NCBI RefSeq assembly: GCF_014396165.1 | Contig: NZ_CP060715.1 | Span: 750,001-782,000, forward strand | Source of the DNA: Erysipelothrix inopinata | Lineage (GTDB): Bacteria; Bacillota_I; Bacilli_A; Erysipelotrichales; Erysipelotrichaceae | Direction: 5' to 3' | Length of the DNA stretch: 32,000 nucleotides | In this document: in pieces, positions 17,215-25,463 of the stretch | Layout: each line of letters begins with the position of its first letter | Numbering within the stretch: the first letter of the stretch is position 1 | The notes under the pieces: generated by a model | The model's input: only the letters and a program-made list of their open reading frames with translations | What the model was told of the DNA's origin: nothing | Databases searched by the model: none | Translations under genes and position numbers: made by a program

Positions 17215-17915
17215 TTGATTTGGCAAAAATAGTAAGTATGTTTATGATGTTTCTAACGATTTTGGCTCTTCCATATTACTTGAAGCGTGCCAAAAGATTA
17301 GACCGAGAAGGTAACAAGGAAGCAATTCATCAAGAATTAAAACGTTATCCAACGGATTATCTAAAAATCAGAAAGAAAAATACCAAACGTATTAATGTTG
17401 GTAATACTGTGGCTGAAGGTCCATGTATCTATCTTTCAAATCATCAATCTCATAATGATATTTTCATTTTATTAGATACAGTTCCAGAAGCATTTCGATT
17501 TATTGCGAAAAAAGAATTGTTTGAAAGTCCAATGTATGGGTCATTTATGAAGATGTCGCAATCCTACCCACTTGATCGCGATGATCCCCGTCAGTCTCTT
17601 ACATTATTAAAACAATCATTGAATGATGCGGTTGAAAAAAATGTATCATTGGTCGTTTTTCCAGAAGGAACACGTTCGCATAAAGCGGAAATGTCTGAGT
17701 TTAAGTTAGGGCTCTTCTCAATGATGAGAAAAAGTCGGGTACCTTTAGTACCTGTTTACATTCATGAAAGTTATAACCCAAAGACAAAAGTATATAAAGC
17801 ATATTTTGGTGAACCAATAGAGCCGGAAGAATTTAATACACTCAAGCCACAAGAAATTTGTGATAGAGTAAAAAATACAATTTTATCGATGCAAGTTCTT
17901 GCGAATGAAAGCTAG
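17211..17915 (+). CDS. plsC: 1-acyl-sn-glycerol-3-phosphate acyltransferase
   Basis: N-terminal TM segment, then acyltransferase motifs NHQSHNDI (HX4D) and FPEGTRS. The start is uncertain: GTG 17211 overlaps the fabZ stop, and in-frame TTG 17220 has better SD spacing. Confidence 0.88.
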   Translation: MIDLAKIVSMFMMFLTILALPYYLKRAKRLDREGNKEAIHQELKRYPTDYLKIRKKNTKRINVGNTVAEGPCIYLSNHQSHNDIFILLDTVPEAFRFIAKKELFESPMYGSFMKMSQSYPLDRDDPRQSLTLLKQSLNDAVEKNVSLVVFPEGTRSHKAEMSEFKLGLFSMMRKSRVPLVPVYIHESYNPKTKVYKAYFGEPIEPEEFNTLKPQEICDRVKNTILSMQVLANES

Positions 17916-17964
17916 GCAGAAATGAAAAGAACAAATTAGAATTGACATATGTAGAAAGACATTG

Positions 17965-17988
17965 AACCTCCCTTTGGGGAGGTTTTTT
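17965..17988 (+). terminator. Rho-independent terminator ending the fab operon
   Basis: AACCTCCC-TTTG-GGGAGGTT followed by TTTT. Confidence 0.85.
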
Positions 17989-18199
17989 CCTATGAGGAAA
18001 ATAGATAAACAGAGATAATTATGCTTTACTAATTAAGATTAGAGTCACAAATAGTTGAAAAGTTAACCTGCTTTTTATTCTTAGATTAAACCAAGAAAGT
18101 CTAATACGTAGTACACAATTTGAGAGGTATACAAAAATAGGGTATGTTACACCAATCACAAAGAAGGTCGATTATTTAAAAGTGTCTTTCTATATGATG

Positions 18200-18217
18200 A
18201 AATTTGGCCGAATTAAG
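18200..18217. repeat. Left copy of an imperfect direct repeat flanking the RhuM-Fic gene
   Basis: AAATT-TGGCCGAAT-TAAG. It shares AAATT and the GC-rich 9-mer TGGCCGAAT with the copy at 19248-19267. Confidence 0.4.
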
Positions 18218-18230
18218 TTCATAAATTTTT

Positions 18231-19160
18231 CTATTTGATACAATTCATAATTAAGCTAATTATTAGCTCTTTTTCTTTGGGGTTTGATTCGGCAATCATA
18301 ATTGTAAGCGCAACAAGTGTGTGATCTTCAATCAACTTTTTTTCGTTTTGGAGAAGTACTGTGTTTTTGTGAAGAAAATGCAAAAATATGGTAGCAGCAA
18401 TGCGCTTGTTTCCATCGATGAAACTATGGTTTTTTGTTACAAAATAAAGCAAATTCGCAGCTTTCTCCTCTAGTGACGTGTATAATTCTTCGCCATCAAA
18501 GCTTTGATAAATGTTTCCAATGCTTCCTTTAAAAGAGTCGTCTCTTTCCTTTCCAAATAAATCAGATTTACTACTATATTTCATACTATCAATAATATTC
18601 CGACATTCTTCATAGGTCAATTTATAGGTTGGTTGTGTTCCTTCAGGCCTCGAAATTGATTCGTGATCGTAATCATCTAAGAGATTTAAAGCCTCATTAT
18701 ACCGTTCAATTACCGATAAAACTTGCTCACTATCTAAATTATCCTTGGTTCTTTTCATCAACTTCACTATTTGATCTAATTGATTCATCCTGTTTTGATT
18801 TATTGCATAACCACGGATTATATACTCCTTTAGAACACGATTTGCCCAACGTCTAAAAGCTATGCCTCTATTTGACTTCACTCGATATCCCACAGATATA
18901 ATCATGTCTAGATTGTAGTACTCAATGTCCCGAGAGACAGTACGATCACCTTCTGCTTGAACTGTCGCAAATTTTGCGACAGTTGAAGTGTCCAATTCTT
19001 CACGGAGTGCATTCCCAATATGTTTACCTATAGTTTTTACATCTCTTCCAAAAAGTGTTGCCATTTGATTCCGGTTTAACCAAACTGTTTCTTCTTCGGG
19101 AGTGAATGGAACTTTTAATGTCAATTCTTCATGTTCGAATAAAATAATTTCATTTTTCAA
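18231..19160 (-). CDS. RhuM-family N-terminal domain fused to a Fic/Doc domain
   Basis: N-terminal RhuM signature (WLNRNQMATLFGRDVKTIGKHI...YYNLDMIISVGYRVKSNRGIAFRRWANRVLKEYIIRGYAINQNR). C-terminal Fic/Doc core motif HSFIDGNKRIAA. The likely start is TTG 19160, 6 nt after GGAGGT. The ATG at 19199 has no SD. Confidence 0.8.
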   Translation of the reverse strand: MKNEIILFEHEELTLKVPFTPEEETVWLNRNQMATLFGRDVKTIGKHIGNALREELDTSTVAKFATVQAEGDRTVSRDIEYYNLDMIISVGYRVKSNRGIAFRRWANRVLKEYIIRGYAINQNRMNQLDQIVKLMKRTKDNLDSEQVLSVIERYNEALNLLDDYDHESISRPEGTQPTYKLTYEECRNIIDSMKYSSKSDLFGKERDDSFKGSIGNIYQSFDGEELYTSLEEKAANLLYFVTKNHSFIDGNKRIAATIFLHFLHKNTVLLQNEKKLIEDHTLVALTIMIAESNPKEKELIISLIMNCIK

Positions 19161-19247
19161 GTTAGTACCTCCTAAATTAAAATAGGCATTATTGTACATA
19201 TTTCCTTGTATAAACGCTTAGCTTTTTATTTGTTACCAATTGCTCGC

Positions 19248-19267
19248 AAATTGTGGCCGAATAAAGG
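19248..19267. repeat. Right copy of the imperfect direct repeat flanking the RhuM-Fic gene
   Basis: AAATTG-TGGCCGAAT-AAAGG. Confidence 0.4.
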
Positions 19268-19385
19268 AAACAAACTTAATGATATCCGTACTGTGATATA
19301 GTGATAGGAATATTAAGAAATATGAATTATTAGTTGTAATTAAAATTGAGAGGGTTTTAGTAAGGAAAAATATGATGAAAAAAGA

Positions 19386-19745
19386 TTGTCAAAGTTATGC
19401 TTCGTTTCTTTAATAATAATGTCTTGTTGTACGAGAGTATTTGCGGCTTCAAAAACGACAGAAAAAATTGGATCAGTAACTTGGAATAAACAAGTTTACT
19501 CCGTTAAGGCGAGAGCAAACTGGGTTTATGAAACAGGAGAATACTCAAGTAGAGGAAATCATACAGTAGTTCAAAAGCCCAATAATACTTTATTGAACTA
19601 CTATGGTATTAGTTTTACCAACGAGGTTAAGAGTAAATATGCAGTTACTCAGTATTTCCAACCAGCTACACGAAACAATTTGTCGGGGTTCACTAGTTAT
19701 GGTTCGGTAATAGGAATCGAGATGAAATCACCAGGGGCTTATTAG
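19386..19745 (+). CDS. Small secreted protein, candidate lactococcin-972-like or novel bacteriocin
   Basis: Sec-type signal peptide (LCFVSLIIMSCCTRVFA/AS) and a ~98-aa Cys-free mature part rich in Tyr/Asn/Ser/Thr. It sits immediately upstream of a DUF1430-type membrane protein and an ABC ATPase. The start is problematic (see finding). Confidence 0.55.
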   Translation: MSKLCFVSLIIMSCCTRVFAASKTTEKIGSVTWNKQVYSVKARANWVYETGEYSSRGNHTVVQKPNNTLLNYYGISFTNEVKSKYAVTQYFQPATRNNLSGFTSYGSVIGIEMKSPGAY

Positions 19746-19778
19746 TATGTACGAGCCCTCTCATTATAAGGAGATAAT

Positions 19779-21758
19779 ATGAAAAAAATAATAATAGCAT
19801 GTTTATCATTGTTTCTTGTGAGTAATCTTTACACAATTGTTCAATATTCTCAGATGAAAGAACATCGTAACTTTTTTTTCTTATCAGAGAGTGTATCCCC
19901 ATATCGCGATAGTTTTGTTGTTAGTGAGGATTTGACAGAGAATATGGTTCAAGAAATTATTAAACAAGCAGAGCACTATAGTGTTGATTTGTTTCAAGTG
20001 GTTTATGATGAAGAGCACGGTAAGATTGACCAATACATTTATACTCAAAATCAAGAAACATTAGACAAACTACCAATTGAACCACATCTAACTCCAGATG
20101 ATTTCTTGAATATAACAGAACCAATTAATAAATTTAGTAATCAATTTAAGCTTGATATTAATATAATTGGAAATCATCTATCCATTTTACCGTGGTCAGA
20201 AACAAGTACAGACCATATTGGCTTTGCTACTATTGTGACAGGATCTAGTGAGCAAGATCTCGCATTGTTTTTTGAAAATATGCCGGTTTCATATGTGAAG
20301 TCTCAAAATCATGAGAGTCTCACTATGTCACCTTTGTTTCAATTCATAACAACATTACAATTTTTCACCGAGCCGTCAGCATTAATTCTGATGATCGTAG
20401 TGTTAATATCAATGATGTTTTATACTTTGAAAAATCACAGAAAATATATGATTCAAAAATTAAACGGTCTATCAGTCCGCATGATATATCACAACACTTT
20501 AAAAGAAGTAATCCCATTAACAATTGCTTGTTATGTTTTGGTGATGTCAGCGGGATATATGGTCCTCACACAATCGGTTCACCTATTCAACAGGAGTTAT
20601 ATTACCATTAACATTTACTCGTTAATTTGGATTTTATTAATCGAAAGTTTATGGCTTTTTGTTTGCGTACAGATTTACGCAAGAGAAACCTATATCTGTA
20701 GAGAACGGAATATGAAAAAACGATTAGTCTTAATATTAATACCTATTGTGATTCTAAAATCTTTCGCAATATTGTTTCTTTATGACAAAATTGAAGTATA
20801 TAGATTCAGCAACGAAATGCTAGGAAACGTAGAAGAAGCAGAAAAGTATTACAAACAAAATCCAGTGGAAATATTTCAAATTACTCCTGTTGGAAATATG
20901 TCGTCTATGGTTCTGTTTGATAACTCAAATATACTTTATCAAGAGTTGAATAATGATGGAATCGTAGTTATGGCAAATATGCATGATGAAAATTATCCAA
21001 TTATCGAGGTTAATGAAAAATTTCTCAAAATGAATGGCATATCAACCCTTGGCGAAGAGAATTACTTTCTTGCTTCAGAGTCGATGTATGAAGAATTTAG
21101 AAGAGTTCTCGATACATCACCAGTATATTGTAATAGTCAAGAACATAATTGTGAGAAAGCAGATCTGGTGAATTTAGGGGAATTAAAGTTATCAAATTTG
21201 TTTATTGTTCCAGAGCAAATAATTCATTCTAACGTAGAACAAAATTATGTTTTGCATGTAAGGAATGATTTTATGAATTACCAAGATTTTCAAATCATTA
21301 ATGTAGACGAAGATCATGAACGAAGAGAATTAACAAGGGATGGAGATATTAGCAAAAATCATTACAAATTTGAAACCAGAGCGTACGTCAATGAGAAAGA
21401 AAAAAACGAAACTAAAAGTTATCGAAGAATAAAACTAACCGAAGTATTACTAGCGACACTCATGAATATAACAATCATAGTGGTTGCGATGCTTATTACT
21501 ATCCCTATGGTTGCGAGAAAAATAGCAGTTCAAGGTTTATCTGGCGTTTCTTCTTGGAAACAGATAAAACGCATCCTGTTAGGAATTCTAAGTACTTCAT
21601 GTTTAACAATTGCACTAACTCACTTGCTGCGTAAAGGAAGTATTGAAACAGTTCTCTCTATGTTTATAATTCCTTTATTAGAAATCCTGATTCATGTCGC
21701 AGTTGTGTATACGTTAGATTTAAATATCACTAAAATTATTAAAAGGAGCAAATCATGA
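19779..21758 (+). CDS. Bacteriocin-associated integral membrane protein (DUF1430 / bact_immun_7tm type, FtsX-like)
   Basis: 659 aa with ~8 hydrophobic segments and two large extracytoplasmic domains (~aa 25-190 and ~345-560). Size, topology and neighbours match the Lcn972-associated family as I recall it. Strong SD AAGGAGA. Confidence 0.65.
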   Translation: MKKIIIACLSLFLVSNLYTIVQYSQMKEHRNFFFLSESVSPYRDSFVVSEDLTENMVQEIIKQAEHYSVDLFQVVYDEEHGKIDQYIYTQNQETLDKLPIEPHLTPDDFLNITEPINKFSNQFKLDINIIGNHLSILPWSETSTDHIGFATIVTGSSEQDLALFFENMPVSYVKSQNHESLTMSPLFQFITTLQFFTEPSALILMIVVLISMMFYTLKNHRKYMIQKLNGLSVRMIYHNTLKEVIPLTIACYVLVMSAGYMVLTQSVHLFNRSYITINIYSLIWILLIESLWLFVCVQIYARETYICRERNMKKRLVLILIPIVILKSFAILFLYDKIEVYRFSNEMLGNVEEAEKYYKQNPVEIFQITPVGNMSSMVLFDNSNILYQELNNDGIVVMANMHDENYPIIEVNEKFLKMNGISTLGEENYFLASESMYEEFRRVLDTSPVYCNSQEHNCEKADLVNLGELKLSNLFIVPEQIIHSNVEQNYVLHVRNDFMNYQDFQIINVDEDHERRELTRDGDISKNHYKFETRAYVNEKEKNETKSYRRIKLTEVLLATLMNITIIVVAMLITIPMVARKIAVQGLSGVSSWKQIKRILLGILSTSCLTIALTHLLRKGSIETVLSMFIIPLLEILIHVAVVYTLDLNITKIIKRSKS

Positions 21759-22375
21759 TTAAATTAGAAAATGTAGATGTTCAATATGAAAGTCTTGATG
21801 TGTTGAGAAATTTTAATTTGGAAATTAACGAAGGCCAGATGATTGCGTTATGTGGTCGATCTGGGAGTGGAAAAACAACGATTCTTAATTTAATTAGTGG
21901 ATTTTTGAAACCGAAAACAGGAACTGTTCTTGTGAACGATAAAAATGTATCAACGCTCAATAAAAAAGAACATCGGAAATTTCTTAAAAATGAGATTAGT
22001 TATCTTGTGCAGGATTTTGCATTGTTAGAAGATGAAACAATTTATGAGAATCTTGAATTTGTATTTGATGGTTCCAGAAAAGATAAAAGAGACATTGTTC
22101 AGAAAACGTTAGAGAAAGTAAATATTTATAAGGATGTTGACACTTTGGTATACACTCTTTCAGGTGGAGAACAGCAACGTATAGCATTGGCGAGAATCAT
22201 GCTTAAGAAGAGTGACACAATCTTGGCGGACGAACCAACAGGCAATGTGGATGTTGAAAATGCTTCAATGATTCTCGGTTATCTTAGTGACTTAGCAAAA
22301 GCAGGTAAGACAGTAGTGGTGGTAACACATGATACCAATTTTATTGAAATGTATGATGCGGTAATTTATATATAA
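21755..22375 (+). CDS. ABC transporter ATP-binding protein (MacB/LolD-like, partner of the upstream membrane protein)
   Basis: Walker A GRSGSGKTT, signature LSGGEQQR, Walker B ILADEPTGNVD. Its ATG overlaps the upstream stop (ATGA). Confidence 0.92.
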   Translation: MIKLENVDVQYESLDVLRNFNLEINEGQMIALCGRSGSGKTTILNLISGFLKPKTGTVLVNDKNVSTLNKKEHRKFLKNEISYLVQDFALLEDETIYENLEFVFDGSRKDKRDIVQKTLEKVNIYKDVDTLVYTLSGGEQQRIALARIMLKKSDTILADEPTGNVDVENASMILGYLSDLAKAGKTVVVVTHDTNFIEMYDAVIYI

Positions 22376-22409
22376 AAAAAACAGATTGAAGATAATTCAA
22401 TCTGTTTTG
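22374..22409. terminator. Bidirectional rho-independent terminator
   Basis: A7-ACAGATTGAA-GATAA-TTCAATCTGT-TTT between convergent genes. Confidence 0.85.
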
Positions 22410-22411
22410 CA

Positions 22412-22984
22412 TTAGTGATTCGTATTTCTCAAAGTAAATCCATCTAAATACCATGGTGCTTGAACAATTTCACGTTCATGCATTTTTAGTATTGCGTAAG
22501 GATTATGAGCAATTTCAATCAAGCGACTCTTAGTATAGAGATACTGAGCTTCTTGATCACAGAAGATATAACTGTAGTCGACGGCCTCATCAATACTTTG
22601 AATCAACGACTTAATTAGTGATGTTGCTTTTTCTAATGACTCCCGTGAATTATCACGAATGAGTGAAGCTTGATCAATCTCAAAGTGAACTAAGAAGTCT
22701 TTTTCTTCATTAGATAGTTGAAGCCTGGTTTCTAAATTATAGTCCCCCATCTCTAAGTTAATATCTGCATAAGATGTCTTATAGGCTAATTTTTCAACAA
22801 TTAAATTCATGTCGTCAGTTGACTGCACAGGTTCTTCCACCCAATCATCATAATCGCCTTTTTTAGGATGTGTAACAGTAAATGAAGTACTGTATACTTC
22901 AATAAGATCAATAATTTTCTCTATTTGTGCTACCGTATCTTCGGATGGTTCAAGCACAATGCCAAGTCCGATATAGGATTCCAT
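22412..22984 (-). CDS. Hypothetical acidic cytoplasmic protein (~190 aa), no family recognised
   Basis: Long ORF 37 nt downstream of the decarboxylase gene on the same strand. The ATG at 22984 is preceded by GAGGAGG. No TM segment or signal peptide. Confidence 0.6.
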   Translation of the reverse strand: MESYIGLGIVLEPSEDTVAQIEKIIDLIEVYSTSFTVTHPKKGDYDDWVEEPVQSTDDMNLIVEKLAYKTSYADINLEMGDYNLETRLQLSNEEKDFLVHFEIDQASLIRDNSRESLEKATSLIKSLIQSIDEAVDYSYIFCDQEAQYLYTKSRLIEIAHNPYAILKMHEREIVQAPWYLDGFTLRNTNH

Positions 22985-23021
22985 AAATGATTCCTCCTCA
23001 ATCGGTAACATCATACCATTA

Positions 23022-24437
23022 TTAAGCTAATTTCGCATAATGAATTGCTAATTCATTTAATCTTGAGATAGTATTATTAATATCCTCATGAGTAGTATTA
23101 GGATTGATAGTACACATTCTTAATACAGTTTTTCCTTTAAGTTGAGTTGTAAATACTCCAGCATAACCTGAATCAACGATTTCATTCGCAACTTGTTTAT
23201 TTATTTTGTTCAATGCTTCGGCGTTAAAGTTTGAATTAGCATATCGGAAGTTCAAAATTGAAAATTGCGGATTTGAAACAATTTCCCAGTCTTCATGATT
23301 TAGAACTTCTTTTTCTGTATAAAGAGCAAGTTCATGACCACCATCAATCATTCTTTCGAATTGATCGAGCCCAATTACTTGCAGTGACAACCAAAGTTTA
23401 AGAGCTCTTGTAGGGCGTGTTAACTCGATGCCTAATGAACCAAAATCATCCATGGTAGAACCACCAATATCATCAAGATATTCTGGATTAGCACTGAAGC
23501 TGTTCAGGAGGCTTGATTTATTCTTTACTAAGACCATTGCACAACTGTATGTTTGGAAGAGTAATTTATGTGCATCCCAACTTACGCTGTCTGCATTCTC
23601 AATTCCATTAAGTTGATGACGGTGTTTGTTGGAAAGAAGGAATGATGCACCATATGCGCCATCTACATGAAGCCAAACATTATGTTTTGTTGCTAAATCA
23701 GAAATAGCCTGGATATTATCCACACTACCGGTGTTCGTAGTTCCTGCACTTGCAATGATTATACCTGGGATCAATCCTTTTTCTAAATCTGAAATAATAG
23801 ATTGCTGTAGTGCATCAACATCTATTTGAAAGAGTTCGTTCGATGTAATTTTTCTAATTTGGTTGTGAGTAAATCCTGCAATCAAGAGACCTTTTTCAAC
23901 TGAGTGGTGTGTTTGATCTGAAATATATGCAACACCAAGATGTCTTTTGTCTTCAGGGATTGTATGATCCCGTCCAGCAACGATTCCTGTAAGGTTTGCC
24001 ATGGAACCACCAGAGACAAAAATCCCGCCTGATGCTTCTGAATACCCGATTTTACTTCCTAGCCAGCGAATCATATTTGATTCAATAGTACTTGCTGCCG
24101 AGGCGTTAATCCAATTACTTCCGTGTAGGTTATAAGCTGAAGTCATCATGTCACCTAAAAAAGATAGTTTCGTTGGGACACCGGGTACAAAACCAAATGA
24201 ACGCGGATGATTTCCTATTAAAGAATATTTATATACTTCTGATTGAAGTTGTTGATACACTTCATCAAGGGGTCTTCCTTCGTTAGGGATTTCAGATTCT
24301 AGTAATTCCTGAATAAGTGTATCAGGTGCTTGACTCCAAACAGGAACATCTCTCAAGTTATCTGTAAATTCAAAGTGATTGTCTATAAATTCATCACAAA
24401 TGCGTTTGATTGTTTTGTTTAATTCGTAATCGCTCAT
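23022..24437 (-). CDS. Group II pyridoxal-phosphate-dependent amino-acid decarboxylase
   Basis: HPRSFGFVPG..., SGGSMANLTGIVAGRD, HVDGAYGA, and the PLP lysine in SWDAHKLL. The ATG at 24437 is preceded by GGAGGG. Substrate cannot be assigned by eye. Confidence 0.85.
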   Translation of the reverse strand: MSDYELNKTIKRICDEFIDNHFEFTDNLRDVPVWSQAPDTLIQELLESEIPNEGRPLDEVYQQLQSEVYKYSLIGNHPRSFGFVPGVPTKLSFLGDMMTSAYNLHGSNWINASAASTIESNMIRWLGSKIGYSEASGGIFVSGGSMANLTGIVAGRDHTIPEDKRHLGVAYISDQTHHSVEKGLLIAGFTHNQIRKITSNELFQIDVDALQQSIISDLEKGLIPGIIIASAGTTNTGSVDNIQAISDLATKHNVWLHVDGAYGASFLLSNKHRHQLNGIENADSVSWDAHKLLFQTYSCAMVLVKNKSSLLNSFSANPEYLDDIGGSTMDDFGSLGIELTRPTRALKLWLSLQVIGLDQFERMIDGGHELALYTEKEVLNHEDWEIVSNPQFSILNFRYANSNFNAEALNKINKQVANEIVDSGYAGVFTTQLKGKTVLRMCTINPNTTHEDINNTISRLNELAIHYAKLA

Positions 24438-24538
24438 TAAATCGCCCTCCATATTCGCATATCAATATAACATAGGATATAATATAAATATATTTAAACA
24501 TATTTATAAGATGTATTAAAATTTTTTATGGAGGGACT

Positions 24539-25417
24539 ATGGAAATAAGACATTTTAAAACCTTTATTCGTGTTGTGGAGAAACAAAGCTTTAGTAAAGC
24601 TGCGGAGTCTCTCGGTTACACTCAAGCTGCGGTCACAATTCAGATTAAACAAATGGAAGACGAGCTCAATATGAAGTTATTTGATCGGATCAATAATCAA
24701 ATTTATCTTACTGATAATGGAGAAGCTTATATACACTACGCCAATGCAGTAATCCGTACTTTTGATGAAGCAGTAAACTTCAAATCTGAGATGAGTTATC
24801 ACTCAACAATTAGAGTGGGAACGGTTGGCTCATTGGCTACGGCACAATTTCCAGAAATCATTAAGCAGTTTCACCAAATACATCCTCACGTTGAAATTAA
24901 ACTCGTAGTAAGTAAGACACCAAACTTAATAGATATGTTGAACCGGAATGAAATCGATTTGGTATATACTTTAGATCACATGGTTTATGGACAAGAGTTA
25001 ACGCGAGTGCTGGAAAAGAAAGAAAAAATAGTCTTTGTCTCAAATGATGAATCATTAACACCTCATAATAACTATTCTCTTAAAGAGCTATCCCGTATTC
25101 CTTTTCTCTTAACTGAAAAAGGGGAAGCTTATCGTTTTGATTTGGAAAGATATCTTGCGGAACAGCATCTTATTTTAACAAGTGTTTTGGAGGTAGGAAA
25201 TATCGATGTCATTATTAATGTGCTGCTTAAGGGAATGGGAATTGCCTTACTACCGTATTTCTCAGTAAATAATCTTATTGAAGAAGGGAAACTTTTTGAA
25301 GTTGACTGTAAGATTCCAACCATTATCATGTATTCCCAATTATTCCATCATGAAAAAAAATATATAACACAACCTCTAGCATCGCTTACAAATCTTATTG
25401 ATAAAATTAATAAATAG
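24539..25417 (+). CDS. LysR-family transcriptional regulator, divergent from the decarboxylase
   Basis: wHTH FSKAAESLGYTQAAVTIQIKQMEDELNMKLFDR followed by a LysR effector domain. SD GGAGGG. Confidence 0.9.
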   Translation: MEIRHFKTFIRVVEKQSFSKAAESLGYTQAAVTIQIKQMEDELNMKLFDRINNQIYLTDNGEAYIHYANAVIRTFDEAVNFKSEMSYHSTIRVGTVGSLATAQFPEIIKQFHQIHPHVEIKLVVSKTPNLIDMLNRNEIDLVYTLDHMVYGQELTRVLEKKEKIVFVSNDESLTPHNNYSLKELSRIPFLLTEKGEAYRFDLERYLAEQHLILTSVLEVGNIDVIINVLLKGMGIALLPYFSVNNLIEEGKLFEVDCKIPTIIMYSQLFHHEKKYITQPLASLTNLIDKINK

Positions 25418-25433
25418 ATAGGATAAATTTAAT

Positions 25434-25463
25434 ATGCCGCCACTTAATAGTGGAGGCATTTTT
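25434..25463 (+). terminator. Terminator-like hairpin after lysR that includes the SD of the ABC exporter gene
   Basis: ATGCCGCCACT-TAAT-AGTGGAGGCAT (10 of 11 positions pair) followed by TTTTT. GGAGG at 25452-25456 forms part of the 3' arm. Confidence 0.5.

Noticed and set aside
17990-18230. The 240-bp gap after the fab terminator as a site for a small peptide or sRNA gene.
   Set aside because: On both strands the longest ATG ORFs I found are 8-13 codons, with no SD. I saw no convincing promoter-plus-terminator pair. I found nothing that supports a feature.
19281-19308. Clustered GATAT/GTGATA repeats (GATATccgtactGTGATAtaGTGATAgg) upstream of the secreted-protein gene, considered as a response-regulator binding site.
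   Set aside because: The repeats are very short, the spacing is irregular, and no cognate regulator is adjacent. The evidence is insufficient to call a site.
19372-19413. The 13-codon ORF MMKKDCQSYASFL as a regulatory leader peptide or small secreted peptide.
   Set aside because: It is too short and has no recognisable features. The +1 fusion through the A6 run gives a near-perfect signal peptide, so a frameshift or phase-variation explanation is more economical.
24484-24507. ATAAATAT-N8-ATATTTAT as a confident LysR operator for the decarboxylase promoter.
   Set aside because: The arms are pure A/T in an extremely AT-rich spacer. The spacer is 8 nt rather than 11. The position (~-39 from the predicted start) is not the canonical -65. 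It is mentioned only as a low-confidence candidate inside a finding.
25434-25463. ORF-track start at 25434 (MPPLNSGGIF...) for the PCAT.
   Set aside because: These codons form the 5' arm and loop of the terminator-like hairpin, and there is no SD in front. The ATG at 25464 has GGAGG at the ideal distance and gives a typical C39 N-terminus.
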